From: an uncultured Bacteroidota bacterium
Lineage (GTDB): Bacteria > Bacteroidota > Bacteroidia > Flavobacteriales > BACL11
Direction of reading: 5' to 3'
DNA: 64,000 bases
Assembly: GCA_902533655.1 (NCBI GenBank)
Contig: CACAMX010000001.1
Location: forward strand, 6,408-70,407
Below the pieces are notes generated by a model that was not told the origin of the DNA, made no database searches, and was given only the letters and a program-made list of their open reading frames with translations. Every line of letters begins with the position of its first letter. Within the stretch, counting starts at the first letter, position 1. The position numbers and the translations under genes were made by a program. Of the stretch, positions 8,686 to 17,960 are shown one piece after another.

Positions 8686-9324
8686 ATGCAAATGAAAAAT
8701 TATATTTTAATATTATCAATAATGTTCGCCTCGTTAACAGCCAATGCTTGTAAAAACTGTGGTTGTAGAGCAGACAAAAAAAGTAAAAGTGAACACAAAC
8801 ACGAAAACGACTCACAAACTCATGCTAATGTAGACTTAACAGAAAGCACAGTTTACTGGAAAGGCGCAAAGTTGACCGGAAGTCATGAAGGAACAATCGA
8901 TATACTAAGCGCCCATTTACATTTCAATGATAAAGTATTTGAAAGTGGTGAAATAATTATAGATATGAAATCAATCAATTGTACTGACCTTAGCGGTGAT
9001 TCAAAGAAAAATATTGAAGGTCATTTGAAAGACGAAGATTTCTTTTTTTCAGAAGAATATCCCACATCTAAGATAGTTATGGGAAATGTAAAAAAAATTG
9101 GTATTAATACTTACGAAATTGAAGGTGATATGACAATAAGAGGTATTACCAATCCAATCAAGTTTAAATCAATTATGACAAATGGAAAGGCTAATGCTAA
9201 ACTCAAAATTGATCGTACTAAATATGGAATCAAATACAAATCAAAAAGCTTCATTAAGAATATTGGAGATAAAATGATATATGATGAATTTGATTTAGAA
9301 GTTAACCTTATCTACACTCTCTAG
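8686..9324 (+). CDS. YceI-family (polyisoprenoid-binding-like) protein with a Cys/His-rich N-terminal extension
   Basis: 212 aa. The YceI-like core is VYWKGAKLTGSHEGTI...HLKDEDFFFSEEYPTS...GDMTIRGITNPI. After the signal peptide the sequence is CKNCGCRADKKSKSEHKHENDSQTH. Confidence 0.75.
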   Translation: MQMKNYILILSIMFASLTANACKNCGCRADKKSKSEHKHENDSQTHANVDLTESTVYWKGAKLTGSHEGTIDILSAHLHFNDKVFESGEIIIDMKSINCTDLSGDSKKNIEGHLKDEDFFFSEEYPTSKIVMGNVKKIGINTYEIEGDMTIRGITNPIKFKSIMTNGKANAKLKIDRTKYGIKYKSKSFIKNIGDKMIYDEFDLEVNLIYTL

Positions 9325-9333
9325 AAATAAAAG

Positions 9334-9780
9334 ATGGATATTTATACAATATCCTTTCTAATCTCAACTCTATGGGTTGGTCCCTTTTGGATTGCGATGT
9401 TAGTAAATCCAAATAAAAATAAAACCAAAGAATTAATGTCGAAACCATTATTCTTTATTGGCCCGATTATAATATGGTTTTTATTGATGCTTAAAAACCC
9501 ACAAGGATTAATTGACTTTTTCAATTTGGGCTCACATCCCGATGGTTTTATAATCGGCATGTCAAAAGGTCTAACAACTAAAGTAGGAGTTACTGCTACT
9601 TGGGCACATATGGTTGCTGGCGATATATTTGCAACAAGGTGGGTTTGGGCTGATGGTATTAAAAGAAATAATAATCTTTTACTATTAAGAATTTCCATTT
9701 TTTTTAGTGTCATGCTAATGCCCCTTGGAATAGTTCTACATTTAATTTTTAGAAATAAAATTAACAGCTCTTCAGCCTAA
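9334..9780 (+). CDS. DUF4281 / ABA4-like integral membrane protein
   Basis: 148 aa with about 4 TM segments. The N-terminal LWVGPFWIAMLVNP and the WAHMVAGDIFATRWVWADG block resemble the ABA4-like family as I recall it. Confidence 0.55.
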   Translation: MDIYTISFLISTLWVGPFWIAMLVNPNKNKTKELMSKPLFFIGPIIIWFLLMLKNPQGLIDFFNLGSHPDGFIIGMSKGLTTKVGVTATWAHMVAGDIFATRWVWADGIKRNNNLLLLRISIFFSVMLMPLGIVLHLIFRNKINSSSA

Positions 9781-9802
9781 ATTGCACTGAAATTGAATAA
9801 TA

Positions 9803-11461
9803 TCAATTAATAAAAGAACTAACTTTTTGATTAAATACTCTAAGACCATTTGATGAAAGTTCAATATTAATTCTATCATTATCAGCTGTAATAAAATCTT
9901 TTAAGCTAACAGTTATATTTATACTTTCTTTTGACAAGATTTCTTTTTTGTCACAAATTTCGAAAAGATAAAATTCCTTTTTTTTAGAACCCAAGTAACA
10001 AGTTAACTTTAATTTTTGATTTTCATCGTAATTTAAAAATCTACTCTTTGAACTTTTATTTACTAAATCAAACTCCAAATCTACAGTTGATTTACTGTAG
10101 CTTAAAGATAAGTTGTCTATTTCAATACCAGTATATGAATAATAATTGTTAATAAAACTACCATAGTGCTCCGATCCATTTTTGGATTTCCAAAAAATAT
10201 CATTTCCAAAATCCAAGGCAAAAACCTTTTTACCATCATAAATTGAATCCAGCTTAAATAAATCAATCTGACTAAATCTTGTACCAGTTTTTAAAGCCGA
10301 CGGGAATAATTTATTTTTGCTGTAAGAGTAAATTGAAACATTTTGATATTTATTAGTAAATAATATGTCCGTTCCTTTTGCAATGGAATCAAGCTCGTTA
10401 GACCAATTATCCATATTCATAAAATTTCTTTTCAAACTTAATTTTTCACTAAAATTATCTTCAACTAAAACAATTCTTGCACAAAAAATTAAAAAAATAG
10501 AGGGATAAATTAAATACTTGAAAAATTTATCAATTTTAGATATATTTTTTAGTTGTTTATATGAAATAATAATTAGTGCAACAGTAGAAACAGAAGTCCA
10601 ATGCGCTTCCACCCTTCCATTAATGCAATAAAAAATGAAAAAAAGATAAAAACCAATTGCAATGTATTTTAATGTTTTTTCAAAAGTATCTTTTGCTCTA
10701 CACTTTACAGTTAAGTACAAAACAACTATACCACTTAATGGTCCTGCAAGAACAATCTGCCCAATAATAAACTCAAACAAGTTATTCAAACTAAAACCAG
10801 AGGCTCTTGTGTCAAGGTGATAGATGAAACTTGGATAATCGTTTTTTATTTGCCAGATAATATGAGGGGTCAATAACAAAATTGTCATTGAGAAAATAAG
10901 CCAAAAACTTTTTTTAAAAACTAGTTTAAAATTTGCTAAAAGAACAAATAGTAAAATAATAAAAGCATGATATTTACTGTATATCATACATGCAATTGTT
11001 ATTGATAAAGCCAATACTACAGTTACACTATCATCTCTTAAATACTTTTGGTAGAAAATAAGAAAAAGTACAAAAAAGAAACATAATAGCGCATCCGGCA
11101 AACTTAAAAATCCAGCAATATGTGTTGTGATCAATGGAAAAGAAATGATGTAAAAGAAAACATGATTTTTATTTTTATTATCATTAATTAGAAAGATAAT
11201 AGCTGAGATAACAAAAACACCAATTATTACTGGTATAATCCTAAGACCAAGTGTTGTATGTGAAAGCATATCACCTATTTTGCTAGAAAATGCTATCATC
11301 GGAGGATGATCAAAATATCCCCAAGACATTGTTTTTGAATAAAGCCAGTAATAGGCTTCGTCAAAATGTAAATTTGTAAAATTCGCTTGTAATAAATTGA
11401 TTAAAAACCATAATGATAAAAACCAACGATATTCAAAAAACACATTTTTTATTTTTCTCAT
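9803..11461 (-). CDS. Glycosyltransferase family 39 (ArnT/PMT-like) membrane protein
   Basis: 552 aa, polytopic. The FDEAYYWLYSKTMSWGYFDHPPM motif near the N-terminus is typical of GT39/ArnT-like enzymes. There is a soluble C-terminal domain of about 170 aa. Confidence 0.8.
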   Translation of the reverse strand: MRKIKNVFFEYRWFLSLWFLINLLQANFTNLHFDEAYYWLYSKTMSWGYFDHPPMIAFSSKIGDMLSHTTLGLRIIPVIIGVFVISAIIFLINDNKNKNHVFFYIISFPLITTHIAGFLSLPDALLCFFFVLFLIFYQKYLRDDSVTVVLALSITIACMIYSKYHAFIILLFVLLANFKLVFKKSFWLIFSMTILLLTPHIIWQIKNDYPSFIYHLDTRASGFSLNNLFEFIIGQIVLAGPLSGIVVLYLTVKCRAKDTFEKTLKYIAIGFYLFFIFYCINGRVEAHWTSVSTVALIIISYKQLKNISKIDKFFKYLIYPSIFLIFCARIVLVEDNFSEKLSLKRNFMNMDNWSNELDSIAKGTDILFTNKYQNVSIYSYSKNKLFPSALKTGTRFSQIDLFKLDSIYDGKKVFALDFGNDIFWKSKNGSEHYGSFINNYYSYTGIEIDNLSLSYSKSTVDLEFDLVNKSSKSRFLNYDENQKLKLTCYLGSKKKEFYLFEICDKKEILSKESINITVSLKDFITADNDRINIELSSNGLRVFNQKVSSFIN

Positions 11462-11530
11462 AAACTAAAAATATGAAATAATTACATTTTCAATTGATTT
11501 AATAAGTAAATTTGCATTTTAAATGGATAA

Positions 11531-11884
11531 ATGAAAACTCAAATTCTAATCACATTAATGATGTTAATATTTTTTTCTTGTTCAAAGGAAAATAATGAGC
11601 CTTCAAATGCCGAAAACATAATAACAACTAGCGGTTTGAACTTTGTTCCCAACCTTTTAAATTGCAACTTAGGTGATACTATTTTTTTTGAACTTGGCGC
11701 AACCCATAACGCCATTGAAGTTAGTGAGGCAAGCTTCAATGCTAACTCATCTACACCATTAGAAAATGGATTTGAATTTGATTATGGTAGTTCAGGCTAT
11801 ATTGTAGCTGAGGAATTAAAAACTTACTACTATGTTTGCACCCCACATCTACCAAACATGAAAGCTCAAATAATTGTAAACTAA
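11531..11884 (+). CDS. Small cupredoxin (plastocyanin/amicyanin-like type-1 copper protein), probable lipoprotein
   Basis: 117 aa. Signal with FFSC lipobox-like Cys. Ligand pattern His (GATHNAIEV) ... Cys-Thr-Pro-His-Leu-Pro-Asn-Met (YVCTPHLPNM). Confidence 0.75.
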   Translation: MKTQILITLMMLIFFSCSKENNEPSNAENIITTSGLNFVPNLLNCNLGDTIFFELGATHNAIEVSEASFNANSSTPLENGFEFDYGSSGYIVAEELKTYYYVCTPHLPNMKAQIIVN

Positions 11885-11913
11885 CCAGAGTTAATTGTAA
11901 TTAGCTAATTTAC

Positions 11914-11962
11914 CGCTTAACTCATTTATTTCTAACCTTTGTTTAAGCGACCATCTTTTTTT
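11914..11962 (+). terminator. Weak candidate terminator after the cupredoxin gene
   Basis: 7-bp stem CGCTTAA/TTAAGCG (11914..11920 with 11943..11949), but with a large 22-nt loop. A T7 run lies at 11956..11962. Confidence 0.3.
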
Positions 11963-11971
11963 GGGCCAGAA

Positions 11972-12982
11972 TCACATTGCTTTTAACACTAACAAAATAT
12001 TATGAAAGTATTTTTTTAAAAAATTATGCTTAACGAATTCTTTCCAATTTATTTTAATTATGAAATTAAAATAGTATAAATTATATATAATCTTCTTTTG
12101 AAGAATTTTAAAATTGCTTCTCTTAGATTTAATTATTCGGTTAATTTTTTTTTCAATTTTTAGCAGTTTTTCAGTTTGTTCAAATTTTACAGTTGGATAA
12201 TTAAAATAACCAATAATATCTCTAAACAAAAAAGATAATTCTGAAATTTCTTTTTTTGAGAGATCTATTTTATAGTTACTAGTATTTTTTGTATTTATCG
12301 ACTTTGATAAGTTTTTATGAAACTTCTTTGATTCAAAATCAAAGTCAAATGAATGTAACTTTTGCAACATTTTTTTATTAAAATCAACACCAATTATTTT
12401 ACATATTTTTTTTACTGTTTTTTCTGTAAAATCAACTAAGTTTTCAAATTTTATAATTTGTATATCTGTTCTACTTAGGTTTTTTTTTGCATGAAAAAAA
12501 TAACTTTTTATTACAAGCGCTACTCTAAAAACAAATTCATCAGAGGTGGAATTAGAATGCCATCTTTTTTTATAGGAGCTAGCAATATCTAAAGGATTTC
12601 TTGTTAAAAAAATAAATTTTGAACCTTTAAAACTATTGATTAAAAAGCTAGAGTGAATTGTATTGGCCGGATTTTTTTCTGCTAAAATTTTTGATTTACT
12701 TGAATGAATCTTTTTATAAAATGACACCAACGATATATTTTTATTTTGACAAATGGATGTTGAGATTTTTTTTTGGCTTTTTATAGTTTTAATTGATTTA
12801 TTATAAAGATGCAAAATATACCTTTGCTTATTATAATCTAAACTACTCCATCCCAATATTGCGGCAGTGGGAAAAATCCAAGTTTCATTTAAAACATTAA
12901 TATTATTATGACTATTTAAGATGCTAGCTAAAAGTGTACTACCTGATCTGCTAAATGAAAGTATAAATGCAAAAGAATTCAT
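11972..12982 (-). CDS. PAPS-dependent sulfotransferase family protein (Sulfotransfer_1/3-like)
   Basis: 336 aa. 5'-PSB-like loop FSRSGSTLL near the N-terminus and 3'-PB-like FLTRNPLDIASSY. The coding sequence is extremely AT-rich. Confidence 0.75.
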   Translation of the reverse strand: MNSFAFILSFSRSGSTLLASILNSHNNINVLNETWIFPTAAILGWSSLDYNKQRYILHLYNKSIKTIKSQKKISTSICQNKNISLVSFYKKIHSSKSKILAEKNPANTIHSSFLINSFKGSKFIFLTRNPLDIASSYKKRWHSNSTSDEFVFRVALVIKSYFFHAKKNLSRTDIQIIKFENLVDFTEKTVKKICKIIGVDFNKKMLQKLHSFDFDFESKKFHKNLSKSINTKNTSNYKIDLSKKEISELSFLFRDIIGYFNYPTVKFEQTEKLLKIEKKINRIIKSKRSNFKILQKKIIYNLYYFNFIIKINWKEFVKHNFLKKYFHNILLVLKAM

Positions 12983-13128
12983 TAACTAAATAATTAATAA
13001 ATATATGCTATTATCTTTTAAATATCAATCTGTTAAAAGGCTAAAATAAAAGAAGATGGTGTTAAATTAGATTATAAATCAACTATTAAACATGTGTTAT
13101 TTCACACTGTGATTTGTAAGTTTGCAAT

Positions 13129-13740
13129 ATGAGGATTGTATTGATACATGTGCCTAAAGCAGCAGGAAACTCCATAAAAAAGGTTTACGAAAAAGATGGC
13201 TTAATTACTTGGGGTCACAACCTTAGGAAAAGCAACTATACTCGATTTCCAGATTCTAGGCTAGCAAAATTAACCAATCGGTTTTACTTTTTGTTCCAGC
13301 ATTTCTATTTCACCTTTGCAGTTATCAGAAATCCATGGGATAGAGTATTCTCAGCATACAAGTACCTGTCAAAAGGTGGTAATTGTCAAGAAGACCAAGA
13401 CGATTGTAATAAATATATAGTTGACTACAAAGACTTTAAAGACTTTGTAAGACACGGACTTTCAAATGCCAGCAAAACACAAATACACTTTATCCCTCAA
13501 ACGTTCTGGTTTTGTGACAATAACAATAATGTGCTTGCTAATGAGGTTATAAAACTGGACAATTTAGAAGAGTCCATAGCACAAATCATGAAGAGGTTTA
13601 ATAAAAGTCATTACAAATTACCTGTCGTAAATAAGAGTAATAGCTTAGATTATAGGCAGTTTTATAACAAAGAGACAATCGGCATTGTGAAGGACATTTA
13701 CAAACAAGAAATCGAACTTTTTAATTTTAACTTCAAGTGA
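13129..13740 (+). CDS. Sulfotransferase family 2 (carbohydrate-sulfotransferase-like) protein
   Basis: 203 aa. IHVPKAAGNSI (5'-PSB of the Sulfotransfer_2 family) and IRNPWDRVFSAY (3'-PB). Confidence 0.75.
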   Translation: MRIVLIHVPKAAGNSIKKVYEKDGLITWGHNLRKSNYTRFPDSRLAKLTNRFYFLFQHFYFTFAVIRNPWDRVFSAYKYLSKGGNCQEDQDDCNKYIVDYKDFKDFVRHGLSNASKTQIHFIPQTFWFCDNNNNVLANEVIKLDNLEESIAQIMKRFNKSHYKLPVVNKSNSLDYRQFYNKETIGIVKDIYKQEIELFNFNFK

Positions 13741-14594
13741 CTCCTTATCCACAGTTTCCGAAAGTTTCTATCTGCATACCCACATACAACGGTGAAGAAT
13801 ATTTAGAAGAAACTATTTCTTCAATCGAAAAGCAGAATTATTCAAATATTGAGGTTATCTTCTCTGATGATCAATCGACAGACAACACATTGAAGCTTAT
13901 TCAAAGCTTTCAAAATAGATCCGAGGTAAATATCAGTATAGTCAAAAATCAGCCTAATGGAATTGGGTCGAACTGGAACAACTGCGTACATTACGCAAAT
14001 GGTGAGTTTATCAAATTTTTATTTCAAGATGATTTACTTGAAGCAAACTGCATATCGGAAATGATCAGTCATTTCCAAAAAAATGGAAGCAAGAATGTTG
14101 GGGTTGTATATTGTAATAAAGAATTAATTGGCGATGTAAATCAGAGCCATATTAATCTAAATCAAAGTATTTTTGATCATTACAAAAATAAAACTAACAA
14201 AGAATTACTCTCTTCTTCTAGTCTTTATAAAAAGCCTAGAAACAAGATTGCAGAACCACCTTGCACATTAATAAAAAAATCTGTATTCGATGAAATAGGT
14301 TATTTTAATGAGAGCCTGAAACAGTCTTTAGATTATGAATTTTTGTATAGAGTAATGACCAAGTTTACAGTTATTTCTTTAGATCAAAAACTTGTGAAAT
14401 TCCGTGTTCACGCTGCTCAAACCTCTGCACAAAACAATAAAAAAATTATAAAAGACAGCTATTTGACTCCCTTACTATTATTAAAGAAACATTTCAGAGT
14501 TCTTAATTACAAAACAACAATATTACTAATATACAAAGTAATTGCAGGGGCAATCCTATTCTTTATTTTCAAACCTTTTCTGAAAGAAACTTAA
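13737..14594 (+). CDS. Glycosyltransferase family 2
   Basis: 285 aa. VSICIPTYNGEEYL and FSDDQSTD (DxD region). The GTG start overlaps the upstream TGA (GTGA). Confidence 0.85.
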   Translation: MTPYPQFPKVSICIPTYNGEEYLEETISSIEKQNYSNIEVIFSDDQSTDNTLKLIQSFQNRSEVNISIVKNQPNGIGSNWNNCVHYANGEFIKFLFQDDLLEANCISEMISHFQKNGSKNVGVVYCNKELIGDVNQSHINLNQSIFDHYKNKTNKELLSSSSLYKKPRNKIAEPPCTLIKKSVFDEIGYFNESLKQSLDYEFLYRVMTKFTVISLDQKLVKFRVHAAQTSAQNNKKIIKDSYLTPLLLLKKHFRVLNYKTTILLIYKVIAGAILFFIFKPFLKET

Positions 14595-16069
14595 AGTTTT
14601 GATTTAATTAAATCATAACCTTTTTTGACGATACTATTAATTTCACCTGAAACTTTGGAAGCAAGTATCAGAAAAGAAAAAACTCCCCCAACAATAAAAC
14701 TTCTTATTATTATATCAAAGGCTAAACTTAACTCTGGTAATAAAAGTTGAGTTATATACGACAGTATGAAGATAGATATAACAACTAAAAACCTGTAGTT
14801 AAATGGTTGAAATCCATATTTCCTGTATATAAATAGACATTTAACTAGATTAGTTACAAACATAGAAATGGCGGAAGCTATTGCTGCTCCTAGGATACCC
14901 CATATCGGAATAAATATGTAGTTACTTACAATCACTAGTACTATAAGCAAGGAAATAAAAAGAAGCATCATACGATATTGCTTTGAAAGACTAATTACAA
15001 GATTCTTAGCTCCAGTCCCCATATCTATAAGAAAGCTTAAACCAATGAAAAATATCACCCACTTAGCTTCTAAATAATCATCACCAAGTATTTCAAGAAT
15101 ATTGTCAATATTAACCCATATCCCTAAAAACAAAACGCTACCAAGAATGAATTGATTTAAACAACTTTTTTTATAAATTGAGTCAATCTTCTTTAAATCA
15201 TTATCCTTCCATGCATCAGCAATAATTGTGCCTGCTATTTTTAGTAAGGGCCGAGATGGTATGACAACTAAGGTTCCAAAAAAGAAAGCAATAGTATATA
15301 CGCCTGTATAACTTAAGTCCAGAAGATCAAAAATGATTATCTTATCAATACTAAAAACTGCAGATGTTCCAAATCCTGCTAACAAGCTAAACAATGCGAC
15401 ACTTATGATTTCTTTTCTAAGTTTAAGCGTTATGAATGAAAAATTGGGTTTTAATTTTATAGATTTTTTTCTCCACAAATGAGCAAAAATTAATATTCCT
15501 TTCATTGACAAAGAAAATGCATAAGCTAGAACAAAAAAATTAATGTCAATAATATTAAAGATAAAAAGAAGTGTAAATAGCAATATCAATAATCTCTGAA
15601 CAAACTCTTGCAAAAAGGTTCCATATACTGCATCATAAAGAAGCTTATTGTAAGAATCAAAGAATCCATACAGAGAAACAAACAAGGTAACAACCTTAAT
15701 TAAAAAAAAATAATCTGTTAACAATACGCTATCAGCTTTTCCCTCTAAAAGATATGGGCTGATAAATGAGAAAACAGCCAAAAAAAGAACAAAACCAATT
15801 AAAACAACTGAAACACCAATAAAGAGGAATCCATTATGTCCATTTGACTCATTACGGAAATAAGGAAAAAGGCGCCCTGTAACCCCCTTGATTCCCAAAG
15901 ATGATAACTGACTTGCAATAGTAGAGTATGCTACAATAACTCCGAACAAGCCAATAATTTCAGTACTAACATATTTTGGGAAAAGAAAAGATGTTGTAAT
16001 AAAACCTAATAATACACCTAAATAGGACCAAAAACTCCCCTTTATACTTTGTTTAATAATTAAGCCCAT
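14591..16069 (-). CDS. Oligosaccharide/polysaccharide flippase (Wzx-like, MOP superfamily)
   Basis: About 490 aa, polytopic (12 or more hydrophobic segments). The N-terminus MGLIIKQSIKGSFWSYLGVLLG is typical of polysaccharide biosynthesis protein flippases. I prefer ATG 16069 over the ORF-track start at 16156. Confidence 0.75.
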   Translation of the reverse strand: MGLIIKQSIKGSFWSYLGVLLGFITTSFLFPKYVSTEIIGLFGVIVAYSTIASQLSSLGIKGVTGRLFPYFRNESNGHNGFLFIGVSVVLIGFVLFLAVFSFISPYLLEGKADSVLLTDYFFLIKVVTLFVSLYGFFDSYNKLLYDAVYGTFLQEFVQRLLILLFTLLFIFNIIDINFFVLAYAFSLSMKGILIFAHLWRKKSIKLKPNFSFITLKLRKEIISVALFSLLAGFGTSAVFSIDKIIIFDLLDLSYTGVYTIAFFFGTLVVIPSRPLLKIAGTIIADAWKDNDLKKIDSIYKKSCLNQFILGSVLFLGIWVNIDNILEILGDDYLEAKWVIFFIGLSFLIDMGTGAKNLVISLSKQYRMMLLFISLLIVLVIVSNYIFIPIWGILGAAIASAISMFVTNLVKCLFIYRKYGFQPFNYRFLVVISIFILSYITQLLLPELSLAFDIIIRSFIVGGVFSFLILASKVSGEINSIVKKGYDLIKSKL

Positions 16070-16522
16070 TGAGTTATTTTTAAAAGGGACAAAGTTACAA
16101 ATTCTCATTATTATTCTTTCATTTTGTAAAGTACAGACTCTGAGAAAGCCGCTCAACTGTTCTAATTGTTGTAACCTTTAGAAATAATTGTTTGTGTATT
16201 AACTGTTGTTTCTAACTATATTTTTATTCCAAAAATGGTATAAATTGTTCGACTATGGCAACAACTCTTTATACTTTTTTTTATAACCGTTTTTTGGTTT
16301 TAGTTTATTTATTACTATTAGTGGTAATATATACTATGATATTGTGTAGAAAACATTCTTTGTTTTTGTTACTTTTATGTACTTAAAATTACTTTAAAAC
16401 TAACATAAGACATAAACAAAAAATTTAATGAAAATAAGAAATTGGATTAAAATTTTATATTTTCATGTTAAACAGTTCAAAGTTTTTTATTAATTACTTT
16501 CTTTTAAATCAGAAAACATAAT

Positions 16523-17437
16523 TTGAAAAAAATAAGTATAATCTTAACAACCTACAACTCAGGAGATCAACTTCAAGAGTTAATAGATTCAATAAACAGT
16601 CAAGAAGGAAAAGGAGAACTGTTTGAAATTGAATTAATAGTAGTTGATGACTGTTCTAATGATAACACTAAAGATATCCTTTTGGCTAATGGAATTGATT
16701 TTCAGGTGACTAATCAAAATACTGGAGGTCCTAATCATGGAAGAAATAAAGCACTTAAATTGTGTACTGGACAATTTATTTGTATTGCAGATCATGATGA
16801 TATCTGGTTTACAAATAAGATTAAAAAATTATTAGAAGTTTCTCATTTAGCTCCAATAGTTACATCTGGTTATATATTGTCAGATTATTCTTACTCTAGT
16901 AAAGTAGTTAGAGTTAGTAAATCGTTAGATAAAAAAGATTATATAGAATACTTAAAAAATGAAACATTTTTAAGTAAGCTTACAAAAAGCAAGGTTGGAC
17001 AACAGACTTACTTGGGCAGTATTTTATTTTCATCTTCTTTAAAGCATATTTTCTTTGAAGAAGAATATGGCATGATTGATTTTGACTGGGTTTTGAAATT
17101 ATTTCATAATCAACGTTCTGTTGAAATATGTAGTGCATTGTATCTTAGAAAAGTTGAAGGAAATAATCTTTCTTTAAACGAACAATACAGAATAAACGAT
17201 TATAATTATTCCCTTAGTACTATTTCTTCTTATAAAAGTAAATATCCAGATGAAGTGAAGTTGGCTGAAAAAAGAATTAACGGAAGTTTTGGCAGGTATT
17301 ACTATTTAATAGGAAATATGAAGTTATCGAGAAAATATTTGTTAAAATCAACAATTGAATTAAAGACCATTCTATATATAATAACTTCATATTTTGGCTC
17401 AAAAATTGTAAAAAAATATTTTAAAATTTTTGGTTAA
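16523..17437 (+). CDS. Glycosyltransferase family 2
   Basis: 304 aa. KKISIILTTYNSGDQL and VVDDCSNDNT motifs. The start appears to be TTG, with no in-frame ATG before the conserved N-terminus. Confidence 0.8.
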   Translation: MKKISIILTTYNSGDQLQELIDSINSQEGKGELFEIELIVVDDCSNDNTKDILLANGIDFQVTNQNTGGPNHGRNKALKLCTGQFICIADHDDIWFTNKIKKLLEVSHLAPIVTSGYILSDYSYSSKVVRVSKSLDKKDYIEYLKNETFLSKLTKSKVGQQTYLGSILFSSSLKHIFFEEEYGMIDFDWVLKLFHNQRSVEICSALYLRKVEGNNLSLNEQYRINDYNYSLSTISSYKSKYPDEVKLAEKRINGSFGRYYYLIGNMKLSRKYLLKSTIELKTILYIITSYFGSKIVKKYFKIFG

Positions 17438-17960
17438 GAAGGTTTCCTATCAAAATGTTTGTTTCAAAACTATTCAACCGCAACTGACTGTTTTTCCACC
17501 ACCGATTCTATTACTTTTAATTCTAATAAAAAAGATGTTGAGAGTATAATATTTTCATTTGACTTAATTATTAGAACTTTAAAACTAACAAAAACATCAC
17601 ATTATAATACTAACCAATATAAATTATATTTTTTAATCAAATTCTTAAAGGAAGAAAGGTAAGCTTAGAGAAAATAGAATTGAACGAAGTTTTGATTCTA
17701 AAATTGAAAATATTAAATGCATTTTCAAATATTTTTAATAAATATGGTAAGTTTGTGAAAATAGATTGATGAAAATTATATCGATCTGCAGATTCTGGAA
17801 TTTTAAAAGAATTAATTCAATACCCTTTTGCCAACTTTAATATTAGGTGGAGAATTGATCATATGGGCTATAAAGCTTCTTGGAATTATTGATTTGTAAT
17901 TACATGATTAGCACTTTTAATAAAGGCCATTTTAATAACCAGATAGATCAACTCCAAGAA

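Noticed and set aside
14591-16156. Full 521-aa version of the flippase ORF, and similar TTG-initiated extensions (42583..42609, 60949..60954, 23242..23256, 45594..45644).
   Set aside because: In each case an in-frame ATG shortly downstream gives an N-terminus typical of the family or a proper signal peptide. The extension adds non-hydrophobic, non-conserved-looking residues or overlaps the upstream gene extensively.
17459-17662. 67-codon ORF in the convergent spacer as a real gene.
   Set aside because: It has a TTG start, no recognisable motif, a composition typical of AT-rich noise, and sits in a region that looks decayed. I kept it only as part of the spacer finding.
17767-17772. Tandem in-frame TGA TGA as a hint of stop-codon reassignment (TGA = Trp/Gly).
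   Set aside because: TGA clearly terminates well-defined genes in this window at conserved C-termini, for example 64..66, 13738..13740 and 31206..31208. The standard code applies, and the interrupted frame is more simply a gene remnant.
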